This document shows positions 52,501-64,000 of a stretch of 64,000 bases of DNA, piece after piece (the first letter of the stretch is position 1; each line of letters opens with the position of its first letter). A program made the position numbers and the translations under genes. Under the pieces are notes generated by a model that was not told where the DNA came from, did not search any database, and saw nothing but the letters and a program-made list of their open reading frames with translations. This stretch comes from Bugula neritina (taxonomy: Eukaryota; Animalia; Bryozoa): NCBI GenBank assembly GCA_964035545.1, contig OZ037765.1, positions 20,584,995 to 20,648,994 of the forward strand, in the 5' to 3' direction.

Positions 52501-55500
52501 TAACTAGTAACATCAAAGGCAGCACTTTCCTCTGCTGACACCAAAGGATCGTATCCAATCGTCTGCAGATAAACATCAACAACAGTGTCAAATTGCTTCA
52601 AATAATTGGTTGCTAACTTCGATAAAATTAGTAAGATGAAAGCGAACCTCCAGCTATCTTGCTCAGAGTTAATAAAATTCCATGACTGTAGCATATTACT
52701 TCCATCAAGTAGAAATTCTGAAGTTTATTTTATAAATTGGTAAAATGTGCTATTGTCATTAATTAATGTCATTTTATTGATTAAAACAGACACATTATGC
52801 TCAACTTGTACAGGCATATAGTTTTAGAGAATGCACTCGTTTATGGAGGAGACAATTTTCCACTTTTCTATACTGCTTAGGATTTGACATCATAACTTCT
52901 GCCCAGATGAAACTTAGCTAAACAAAAAGTTTAACACAAAACTCTTAATTGACTGCAACAGTGTAGGAGTCAGCAAAGTACACTAAAAGCTGCCCAGATA
53001 TTTTACCTTCATTCCAAAAGATCTCATACGGCTAGCAACTTCCCTACCGATTCTACCAAGCCCAACAACAGCAAGAGTCTTCCCTTGCAGTTCCGAACCC
53101 ATAAACAATTTCCTGTCCCATCTTCCCTCTTTCATGGAGATGCAGGCTGTACCTATATTTCTGCAACATACCAACAACACCTACAGAATGCTATTAGATG
53201 ACCAGCAGTTCAAGTAACAGAAGTGAGATAAACTAGCATTGTATAGTGTATTAAGCAGTATTTAATAATGTGAAGAATGTTTACTGCTAGATATTGAGGA
53301 AAGCCATGTTAGTGCAATGCAGTATTCATGAATTACAGAGAATATTAGTATAGAGCTCAGTGATACTAATAAGATGTAAAATTATATTATTTGGTGCAAA
53401 ATTTTAAGCTGTTTAGATATACATTATATATATAATTATGGTCACCTTTCACCACCATGGTCCTGCGCAGGGATATATATATATTTATATATATATAATA
53501 ACAATGCCTCATATAGCGGAGTACATTAAGACACTGGTACTTATACCAAGTATTTAGGCATATACAATATTAAATGTATACCTGCTATTTATAATAAATT
53601 TATAGTATTTATAGCAATATAATGAACAGCAATAAACATACCTTGAGAGACCACAAATCATTGCACATGTTAGCTCAGCAGCACTGATAGTGTTTCCCCC
53701 TGGAGTGCTACAAAACAACCAAATTGAAGTAAATGTATGCAGCAGAAATTCTAACTTACACTAAAACAACTGACCATATTTACTGCAGTAGATATTGTTA
53801 ACATAGCGCTCCATTAGCTAGATTGGTTAGAGTTTTATTTATCTGTGCCACATCGCATTTCCTAAACCAGGACTGAAGACACCGCCACATGCAGACTAAA
53901 TTGCTAAGGTGTGCAGACAACACATGTACTTGAACTATGGCACATCTCAGAAACTCCATGACCGCAAACACAGGAAAGGTAAAGATACATGATTGATTGC
54001 AGTTGTATAAATGCAGAGATTAGTTTATATAATCTAGTATTCCGCCTTTCTATAAGACAGACGGCTGATGCAATGTGTTAGGACAGCTGATGCAATTTTT
54101 AGACTTTAGAGAATGCCGATGGTAAGACTGGAGAATGAAACATCCAGGCATTCCAAAACATGCTTAGTGGATTGAGGAAACAATGTGAAAAAAACAATGT
54201 CCAGAAGTTAATGTAAAGTTAATAAATATAAGCATAACATGGTTAAAAATCTGATTCATTCTCATCTTGTAAAAAAAAACAACTTCTAACTGATTGAAAA
54301 TATTATTTTCTGCTACATTGGTTCCCTAGAACACAGGCTTTGTTCAATTTCTCCATTACCAAACTTCCACAACCTGAGTGAAAAGTTATTCACTGGACCA
54401 TGGCTAGAGCCACAAAACATAAAAGGGGCAGCTTTTATCACTGAACTGGTTTGAGAAGAAAGCAACCAGAAAATTTATAACTCTGGGTTTCTGATATTTT
54501 GTTCAGATTTACCACAGGTGTTATTTACATATGAACTGAATGAGCTAATGATTTGTTGTGAAAAAAGCATCCATGTCGGTTTTAGCAGCTTACATTATTT
54601 TATGTTTAAAACTAATGGTCAAAGCAATTATGCAGTCTATTATTTTTTAGGGGTGCAAATGACTTGCTTTCAATAAAACACATACAGCTTATTTGAAATG
54701 CTATACAATATGCTACATATATCTCATCCAACTCTATCTCTACCATAACTCACTTCATTACTATAACTCCTTTATTAGTAGCAGCTACAGAGTCGATGTT
54801 ATCTGTCCCTGTACCAGCTCTTCCAATAATAGACAGGTTAGAGGCATTGATGACGTCTGCTGTCACTTTGGTTGCTGACCGGACAATCAACCCATCATGT
54901 CTCTGAAACAAGCAGCACATTCTGTTGGCAACTTGGAGCAATATTCAAGTCAAAAGGTAACTTTCTTACAAAACTTATGGTTTAGAATATTTTTATATTT
55001 TTCAACTATTATTATCAGTTAGTTAAGGGTTTAGCGGTAAAAAAGAGCAATGTACCGCTTACTAAACAAAGGTGATAAAAGTTCATGATATGTAGAGATC
55101 TAACTGACAAATTGTATGCTTCGTTTCGTAAATTTGGTAAAAGTGAGAAGTGAGTTGATAAATTTAGAAAACATTTAAACTTCGTATAAACAAAAGAATC
55201 TAAATTTAAAAATTGAACTTATATTATTTAATACCCAATTTTAATACTTAATTCAATACTGTTTTATAAATCTGAATTTGCATGAACTGCGTAGCAGGAA
55301 GAATTATGATTTGTTTTCACTCTACATTCATCATTTAATTTACTCCATTATTTGCCGAAAAGTCCATCGCTGCATATTTTTGTAATTGTATCTCAAGTAT
55401 AAGTTTAGTCTGAAAAATTTGCAATATAAAAGCTATTATTTTCTTTTAGCCTTGTAGTAATTCACAGTACTTACAAATTATATGACTTCCATATGCTTGG

Positions 55501-56868
55501 TAACTGTAGAAATAACATAGAGCTATAATTATTTGAAATAATTTATTGAATGTGTTATAAACTTTACTGCACTTCAGTTATAAAATTAAATATAAATGAT
55601 GGTTATTATCATTGTTTGCAACCTCCTTCAACAAAATATTGGTTCATCATATTTTACTGCTTTACAATTTAGGCAACATGCCAACTGCAACTGCATAAAG
55701 TGGAAAATTCCCTCCAGTGTCAGAAACTATCACTAGGTAGCAATATGGATGCTCAGTAACCTCCCATTGAATGAAAGTTTGGATATGTGAAACAAAGCCA
55801 GATACAATTATATCTGACTATTCTATTACATTTACTATGGCCACAAGAAAACATACTTTCAGCTTTTTATACTCGCGCCTTTGATGAATTCAATGGTGCA
55901 ACATGGAGAGCAAAAAGAGATAAATTACACTCACTATTTAACTTCATGAACACCACATTTGCACACCACTCATCACAGCAGTGATGATGTGAGTTTATTA
56001 CTGTAACAGTTGCTGATTTTCAGTAACTACTGCTCTGCTATGAGTTAAACTTAATGGCAATTGACACTGTACCTAGTTATTTCCATAAAATATTTTGTTG
56101 AAACCTGAGAATGTGAATAGTTGGAATGCAATTTCAATATGAATATAAATTTTGATATTAATTTGTCATATATGATATACCACATCCATATTTTCATTTT
56201 GATGATAGTGATATTCATAATCATATCCATATTGATGTATTACTATCAGTATCAGAGTCACAATGCAATAAGTACAACCATGATCATGATGATCATAATC
56301 ATAATGATATTCATATACTGATATACTATTACTATTAGGCACGATAAACATACTCATAATCAATCATGATAATCATAATGAATATGATAACAATCAATGA
56401 ATTATAGTGCATGCTAATTTGAATTGGTACTATGAGTATCACTATCAGTATCAATATCAGTATCACTATGAGTATGTGTATGAGCATGATAACCATAATG
56501 ATAATGATGACTGATGAGTAACAGTGACACTATTTCTAACAGTATCACTATGAAGTATGAGTATGACTATTACTATTAGTATCAGTATGACTATGAGTAT
56601 GAGTATGATCTTCATCTTTGGCGTTATTTTACACACACCAAGACAGCAATACTATGGATTACGATTGTGTTTTACTACGAGTATTACTATTAGTATTAGA
56701 ATATTAGTATGAGCTGTGGCTACTTACTGGCAATTCTGCGAGCAGGGCCTCTTTATCTTTGGCTAGTTTAGGATTAAACACAACTTCGACTCCATTTCGT
56801 TTCAGTATGTCTATACATTTTGGGTCAACATCGTCGGTAATAAGTACACTGTTTAATTTCAGAGCCAT
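49525..56868 (-). CDS. PHGDH: D-3-phosphoglycerate dehydrogenase, ~523 aa
   Basis: Exons (minus) 56868-56728, 54902-54754, 53707-53642, 53160-53007, 52562-52430, 51893-51745, 51473-51321, 50929-50678, 50167-49948 and 49679-49525 (1572 nt). Motifs: [57 protein letters not shown]. Confidence 0.97.
50251..50331. repeat. Perfect 3 x 27-bp tandem repeat in PHGDH intron 8
   Basis: Unit accacagaatgagcaacagtattattg. Confidence 0.97.
56130..56720. repeat. Degenerate TAN-periodic tract at the start of PHGDH intron 1
   Basis: Example: tatgagtatcactatcagtatcaatatcagtatcactatgagtatg. Begins immediately past the exon-1 donor (56727). Confidence 0.9.
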
Positions 56869-56869
56869 A

Positions 56870-57240
56870 ATTTGAGGTTGTAGTAACTAAAGAGCTGCAA
56901 AGGCGTTTAAACTTTACTCCACCGGTATGTGCTCCTACAACGTTTTCAAATGGCGCTGCATCAATTAATTAAACAGGGGCTGGACTTAGCCTCATATATC
57001 TATGTCAACAATTTAACAATGCCTAATATCACGTGTGGAAGAAATGCGGTTTGTGTACAGAAATTTTCTTTCACGCACTACGCTTCGCATGTGTGCTTTT
57101 CTGACATCAAATCACGTGGCCCCGTCTCTCAAGTGTTATAATAGTGTTAAATCACATACACATACTTCGCTACGCGATAACATTCCAATTATTGCATCTT
57201 CAAAATATTCCGACGATGTACACTGCGCATGCAAGTAATA
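56870..57240 (-). promoter_or_regulatory. Probable PHGDH promoter / 5'UTR
   Basis: CpG-retaining region upstream of the ATG, with two tcacgtg E-boxes (~57029, ~57112) and a tgcgcatgc NRF1-like motif (~57224). Confidence 0.55.
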
Positions 57241-59106
57241 AAACACCCCAACCCATGCAAACAACAAACTTTTGTGCATTTCTAGCTCCTGCACAACCAA
57301 AAATTTAAGCCACATAATAACACACTATTCCACCGTAACAAAGACTATACTTGATACATGCACAGAGTTGCTTTTTGGGTGCAACTTGCAGCTTGTCTAT
57401 AGTTTATGACTAACCCACTGTAAGTGTACATCAGTAAACAACAGAATATTTTACCCTAGGGCCTAGAATCTAGATCATAGGTTTCCAACCTTTTCAGAGC
57501 TTAAGGACCACTCTGTAAAATTGAGGTTGAAGGGCAGTACATCAGCATTGTTCCAATTATTCCAAATCTTGAAGAATCATTAAACAATGAAGTCCAAGTA
57601 ATAGAGCCTTTTACTGATGCTCAAAATTTATCTTGAAGAATAATATTTTTAACTTTTTTTAAATGTTAATATGTGTGCTACTACCAAAATAATATCTATT
57701 TCTTAAAAGAACAATTCTATTACATGGTTGAGATTTTATGTATATAGCAATCTAAGCTTCCTATTGTGTTGTAAAAAGGTGTAACATTAAACATTGGCAT
57801 TGCTAAGGGAGCACAACTCTTAATCAGAAATTGTGTATTGAATACAATGGAAAAGAGTCAGCAATAATTCATATAATATATTATATGTGCATGGATATAC
57901 ATCAGACAGCATAATATTTCGCACGTTGTTATGTTATATGCATATATGTATACCAAGTATAATATTCATGTTTACATATTGAAACTATAAATATAATAGT
58001 GCTAAAGTGCTAAAGATATCTTCTGGCAATATGGTATTAATTATAAACAAATTAATTACAGCAATTAGTGAGATACTTGGTATCTTTTGCTAATTGGTTA
58101 TTTGTTAATGTCAGGTTTTTTAGAAAGCTTTTTGTAACATTAAATTGATCGAAATTATTAATAACAGATATCACAGTCACAATTGCCATACGTGTATATA
58201 TAAATAAAGTATTTCTGCATTCTCATTAAAGGCTATGCTGAATTAAACACAAATTTCTTTGTCAGATCTTCAATGTTGTGTTGAATGGAGTTGTTTACTC
58301 AGGGCTTTTATTCTCACAATTATTTTTTATAGCGGAACTCAACAACAAAAAATTAATGCTCCTAATACCTATAGGATGTAGGTTTACTACCTGATTCATC
58401 AAAACTCCGAGAACACCTTTTGCTCATGTTACTTTTACTTACAAGTTGACACAAAAATGTAAGCAATTATTACCCTGCCGAGTGTTGAGTAACCCATTCT
58501 TATTGAAGTTTGCTTAAAATTAGATGTTGCAATCTTATTTGCTTGAAAATTGTTACAATATTTAGTATTCTACGTAAGAAAATATTATTATATAATAGAC
58601 TAGCTCATCTTAAATTATCCTGCATGAATGCACAATTTTACAATTACTTTTAGTATAACATCCAATGGTAGAATTAGCTATTAAAAGTGAATTTATTATG
58701 AATTACTGACAATGTGCGCTTTCTTTTCCATGCGGCTAAGAAAACTTGCTATAACTGTTTTAAAAATTATATCATATAACAATATATTTCAATTAGTATA
58801 TTTTTCAATAAAATAATAGTTTATTTCAATAAAATATTTTGTGCTGTATATTATAAGTGCGATTATATAAGAAATATAAACAAGGTTTTGCCCCAAAGTT
58901 AAGGAGGCTCTGGGTAAAACATACATGTTCAGGTTACTACTAGCTGTAGTTTTTATCTAAATAACACATATACATAAATTGAGTAAAAATTAAAATGTAT
59001 ATATACATGTATACATGTTTGTAATTACAGTAAAAAATACTATATATACATTCAGTAAAAAATACCATATATACATTCAAATGGACATAAGTTAGTAGCT
59101 GGTGTT

Positions 59107-59463
59107 TCAGTATAGAGAATACTGACCACTTTTTGTTGAAAAACGGGATTTAACAGTTTTTAGCCACTTTCTATTCAATTTAACTTTAGAGCAACATATT
59201 TTGTTTTGTCTATAGGAGATAGCTTTAGTGTCACTGTCACTACTATTCCTAACTTTCCTTCTGATGCTATGAAGTACATTGTATAATGTAGATTTGAAAG
59301 TTGGCATCTTTTTACTAAGTGAGGAGACAACTTCATCATCATGTTCCTCTTCAATATCTTCCAATGTTATTCGATGATCTATCACTTTCTCAAACACACA
59401 TACTCCATCATCTAATCCATCTCTACCAATAGCACTCTTTACCTTTTTAATAAAGACTTTCAT
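59107..59463 (-). CDS. Small Lys-rich orphan protein, 118 aa
   Basis: Intact ORF in very AT-rich DNA. Acceptor tttag at 59486 lies 22 nt before the ATG, an upstream donor cag|gtgagt-like site (actcac) is at 59952-59957, and a TATA-like run is at about 60068. Confidence 0.55.
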   Translation of the reverse strand: MKVFIKKVKSAIGRDGLDDGVCVFEKVIDHRITLEDIEEEHDDEVVSSLSKKMPTFKSTLYNVLHSIRRKVRNSSDSDTKAISYRQNKICCSKVKLNRKWLKTVKSRFSTKSGQYSLY

Positions 59464-60759
59464 CTCTATAACTTCAGATGGATTTCTAAAAATAAATTTT
59501 ATAGATCGTCACATTGGCCTGGCAGGCATATTATAGTAAAATTCATCTTTGCAATACATTGTGTATATTTACAATTCACATATAACTGTATCACAAAGCT
59601 ATGCTATAATCACTGATAGATGTCAAATAAAAACTTCCAACAAGTGTACTTTGGAATTGTATTCCCTGCTGTGTGTTTTCTACTGCAATGCACAATGCGC
59701 TGTGTCCTGCATAATGTATGGCACAACGTACCAACTAGCAACTTTTTGAATATTTAAACATTGAATGCAAGGAAAGTAAAAGGTTTTCACCTATGATGAG
59801 TTTCTACATAGTCTATCTTCTATAATTAAAACCTATCAAGGCTATTCTAATAAATTTATAATCATAGATGATAATTGACAACATATGCTATTAAGCTATA
59901 AACGTTTTCAACAAACTTTCTACTTAGACTGAAAAAAAATTATAGAAATAAACTCACTGAGTAAGACTGTAGGTTGGAGTATCCACACCAGTAGTCAGAG
60001 ATGTGTTGTCAGAGAGCGAATACTTTCTTATAGAATAATACATTTTTTCAACAATTATAATCCAAGGATATATATAGACAGAGCTAGCGGAACAAGCAGC
60101 TTGCTTTATCAAAAGCCAATTACAGAGTAAAAATGAGTCAGATTGATTGTTGAACTAGTTGCAAGACACAACGTCATCATTCAAATCTTGTCATTGTTGA
60201 CATCACGCCCTGTATATATATATATATGTGTGTGTATATTATACACACACATAATATATAGGTACCTCAACCAATGTATAGCAGCTTTTTTAGGGGTTGT
60301 CCCCTCATCAGCACAGAAGAGTGTTTTAGGGTCCCCTTCGAGACCCGCAATATTCTATCTTTGAATCTAAGCTCTATAATATGTGTAATAGATGGATTGT
60401 TGCAACATAGGCTTTTGCGTTTACACTAATCAAGTGCTTACAGGTTAATAGTTCGTTTCACACAAAATAGCGAAAACTATATTTAAATATATTATGTATA
60501 CATTATATAATTTCTCAACAATATTTATTAAATACTTCATATTAGATCATGTGTATCTCTCTGTATTACAACTTGCATAAAAGCATGCTAGTATTTTGTC
60601 CTATTTTTGTCAGCATAAACACAACTTATGTTGTTGGAAATGTGCCTTTTCTGCATTACCTAGGGGTAAGCACAAAGGGTTGTCACTACCTTTTTCCAGT
60701 GGAAGGTTTACTAAGAGCCCTAATATGACTGTAGCAGATTTGTGATTCATTCCTATGTT

Positions 60760-60792
60760 GTATGTATGTATGTATGTATGTATGTATGTACG

Positions 60793-60882
<90 letters not shown>
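60760..60882. repeat. (TATG)n plus (TA)n microsatellite
   Basis: Seen directly in sequence. Confidence 0.98.
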
Positions 60883-60888
<6 letters not shown>

Positions 60889-61129
60889 CACCTCACACTA
60901 TGATTGGAGCTAGTTTTTTCTATGCTGTCAAGCTGTACACTTTATACCTTACAATAATAAACATTATGGCACATTATTCCAATGGTCTTATTTTAATTAT
61001 TATCCACACAAACATACAAAAACGGAAACATTACAGCAACACTAAAACTGAACTATATAAAACAAACAATAAATGCAACAAACTAAATCAGTGCTCTTTA
61101 TACAAAATGATATAATTATATAACATCCC

Positions 61130-63500
61130 ATAGGTCTTCAAACTCTGCCTACACATCATCCAAATCGCTGTCACATCTGGGTTGGCCAAAATATTCTACA
61201 ATTATACAAAACATCAATTTATGTTTTGCACCAGGCTCTATAAATATAAGCTAAAAACAGCACCATCTGCCACCTTTCAGCCAGTACTTTCATCATTAGA
61301 CTAAAAGAAACGATTTGACAAAATCATATAACAATATTCTCTTGTTTTGATTTTAAAAACCAACAATTACAAATTACGAATTACTTGAAAAGCTGCATTT
61401 ATTTGATCACTCTCGTCACAGCACATGTCATCAATCTCACCAGCCACCCAAAGACAGACATGTTATAGTGTTGAAGGCTTATATTAGGCTGGGATAGTTG
61501 AAAACCATCAACAGCAGTACCTGTGTGAAAACTTGCTTGACAAACACAACTTGCTTTCTTGCCACCATCATGACTACCACCACTACTCTCACCATACCAC
61601 CATCAATACTACATCATGATTTTTTCTGCTTCATCATACAACTCCCTCTGACTCTCTTAAATAATATTGGCAAACATACTAAGCGGTTTTACAAAGAAAA
61701 TAGCAAATAGTTTTTACATGCAGTAAAAAGGCAGGTACAATAATTTCTAAAGATTTAGTGTCAGCACAAGGGTACGTAACAGTAATTAGGTATATAGAGA
61801 AGTAAAAGCTCACAATATATATTATTGTTAGTTATGCATGAGTTTAGGAAGTTTCAAGAGTGTAAAAAAAGCATTGAAATATGCCAATACTTATCTGAAT
61901 ATTTTTTCTATAAAAAAAACAAAACTGTTTTAAATAAAACATAAAACATGCTATATAACTAATCGGAGTAAATGAAGAAGGACCACACAGTGGTAGCATC
62001 ATGCTTGCAATTGTTTTGAATGCAGTAGCACAATGCTCTCCCGTTTGAAAAGATGAGTTGGCCAGGAGAAAACGTCTGACTCCCAAACTGCACATATATC
62101 CATTGGACTCCTATCAATCTCTTGATGGGCAACAGAGCACAAATGATGTTGTGAGATTAGCTCTGAGTTCAACAACACCACAATCTGTGAACAGCTTGAA
62201 AACATCAAAAGCATCAGATATTACTAGATGTTGAGCCTGAACCAGCCTAGCAAGCTTCCCTTTTACTGCTGCCAACTCACCATTTGCTTCTCCTTTTCCA
62301 TGCCTGTAACCAAAGAAGTTCCATATAATGATCAGTGCTCTTGTATCAAGCTGCACCGTCTGACTACATAATAATTTCTGTAGCCTCCGAGTATAAAGAC
62401 TGAAGGTGTGGTCCTAATATTAACACGAACTGTTGCACTACATAGCTGTCAAGCTTGAGAACATTTTATATTACTAACAAGTCACACTTTACAGTAGCAG
62501 CTGATTAAAAAAAAAGCACGAATAAATAAATAGTAAAGGAGTTGTGGCAGTAGTAAGCATGCTGGTTCCGCTAATAAGCAACACACATTATTTTCTGCAA
62601 AGTTGGCAATAACTGCTACCTATGCGGATGTCAACAATACTTTGCATTTAGCGATTGTAGGTGATTTAGAGATACAGCTGCAATGTGGTAAGCAACTGCT
62701 TCTATTTCGGTTCACTCAAAACTACTTTTCCTAATCGACAAATTTCTCTTTCATTGATGTTTCCGGCTACCTTCGACCATTTAGTGTGGGATATCTTTAC
62801 ACGCTCATCATCCTGAACCCATTGTTGGAGCATATTTTTTATTTTATGTACTCCCCAAAGACTGCATTTTCTGTCGATACACCAAAAAGTTACAGACAGT
62901 GGCTTTGATAGTCTCTAACTCATTTGATAATTTCATTATGAAATCGATGAGGTTTTTGCTACTGAAGACTGAATAGCAGCAAGCAAATTTTGTATGTTAT
63001 CACATATGTCACAGATACATGGTAAATACTTAGATGCGCTCATGAGTTCAACATCGCGAGGTTATAATTTCTTAAAGGTGGTCTTTCTGATAGAGAAACC
63101 TTTAGGTATTCAGATTTATAAATATCAAAAGAATTGCACCAGGTAAATTTAAGAAACACAAGTATTTTCCCATTCCAATGTTTATTAAGGTAACTTGATG
63201 TCACTTGCTCGCTACAATAGAAACTTCTTAGAGAGTTGATAACTCCTATTAATGTTTTTGGATTCTGACTCTTTTGAGACATGTACTAAAACGATTTCTG
63301 GATATGTTTAGTCGTTCACTTACTGATGTTTTGTTACCTCTGTACCTCTGTTATTAGACAATGTTTTCAGACTGTTTGCACTTTCTGACATGAGCTAGAC
63401 GCAGCTTCTACAATATTGTGTTCCGCAGCTCTTTACACGAGAGATTTCATAATTCCTATTAGCAACGTTCCAGACAAGCAATGTGTCACCTTTAAATTTG
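61130..63500 (-). pseudogene. Decayed DNA-transposon transposase (DF[AS]ENY / SDGxxxQYK / HGKGxxDG type; core about 61980-62640)
   Basis: Minus-strand remnants in the expected order: VAVIANFAENN (~62590-62620), IIM*SDGAA*YK (~62340-62378), WNFFGYRHGKGEANGELAAVK (~62260-62323) and RALCYC (~62022-62039). Many stops and frameshifts. Boundaries are approximate. Confidence 0.7.
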
Positions 63501-63599
63501 AAAATGGTGTTGATAGTTACTGCTACTGTTAGTTGCTTTATAAAGCCGTTTTGCTTGATCCAATAGCGCCTGCAATATTCATTTTACAACTAAAAAATC

Positions 63600-64000
63600 A
63601 TATTGATATTTCAATTATGACCATGTCATATCAATATCAATATGAATATGAGTATGGCTAAATTAACTACAAGTATTACTATTTACTTCTAGTAGTAGTA
63701 TCAGTACAAGCGATACTCCTATCAAATCTAATATTGTAATAGTAATAGTTATAGTAATAACTAATAAGTATTAGTATAACATTAACCATTAGATTACATT
63801 TAATTTTATTGGCATTGCTGAATGTGAAAATATCTAGCTTTATAGTTTTAGTTTAAGTTTATAACAATAAATTTATATTTAATAAAGGTTAGAGTTAAGA
63901 AGTTGAACAAAATTATTTGATAACTAAAACTATAAAATTAAAAAGTAATTTTAATTTTATCTTAAATTTAATCTTTATTACTAGTACTATTGGTTTATTT
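63600..64000. repeat. Degenerate TAN-periodic tract at window end
   Basis: Examples: catatcaatatcaatatgaatatgagtatg; gtaatagtaatagttatagtaataactaataagtattagtata. Confidence 0.75.

Noticed and set aside
63040-63282. 80-aa minus-strand ORF as an independent gene
   Set aside because: Lies within the decayed transposase region, and neighbouring frames are riddled with stops.

Overview
AT-rich, intron-containing genomic DNA from an invertebrate animal, with GT-AG introns, CpG-poor gene bodies and CpG-retaining promoter patches. Seven gene models were spliced by hand, all with phase-consistent junctions: (1) an unrecognised 4-coding-exon gene of about 337 aa with a HEPN-like RNxxxH motif (+); (2, 3) two tandem SLC15A4-like POT/PTR2 transporters (+); (4) cystathionine gamma-lyase CTH (-), head-to-head with (5) ANKRD13C (+); (6) PHGDH (-); and (7) a small basic orphan ORF (-). 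A decayed DNA transposase lies near the right end. Repeats include hAT-, PIF/Harbinger- and Mutator-type MITEs with visible TSDs, three copies of a tRNA-derived SINE, probable solo LTRs, foldback palindromes and microsatellites. The most notable observations are: degenerate TAN-periodic tracts that recur just downstream of the housekeeping-type promoters; exon-by-exon mosaic identity between the SLC15 paralogues; loss of proton-coupling residues in both paralogues; the candidate HEPN protein; and a CTH-ANKRD13C divergent pair that, from recall, is also present in human. All counts were made by eye and no database search was run.
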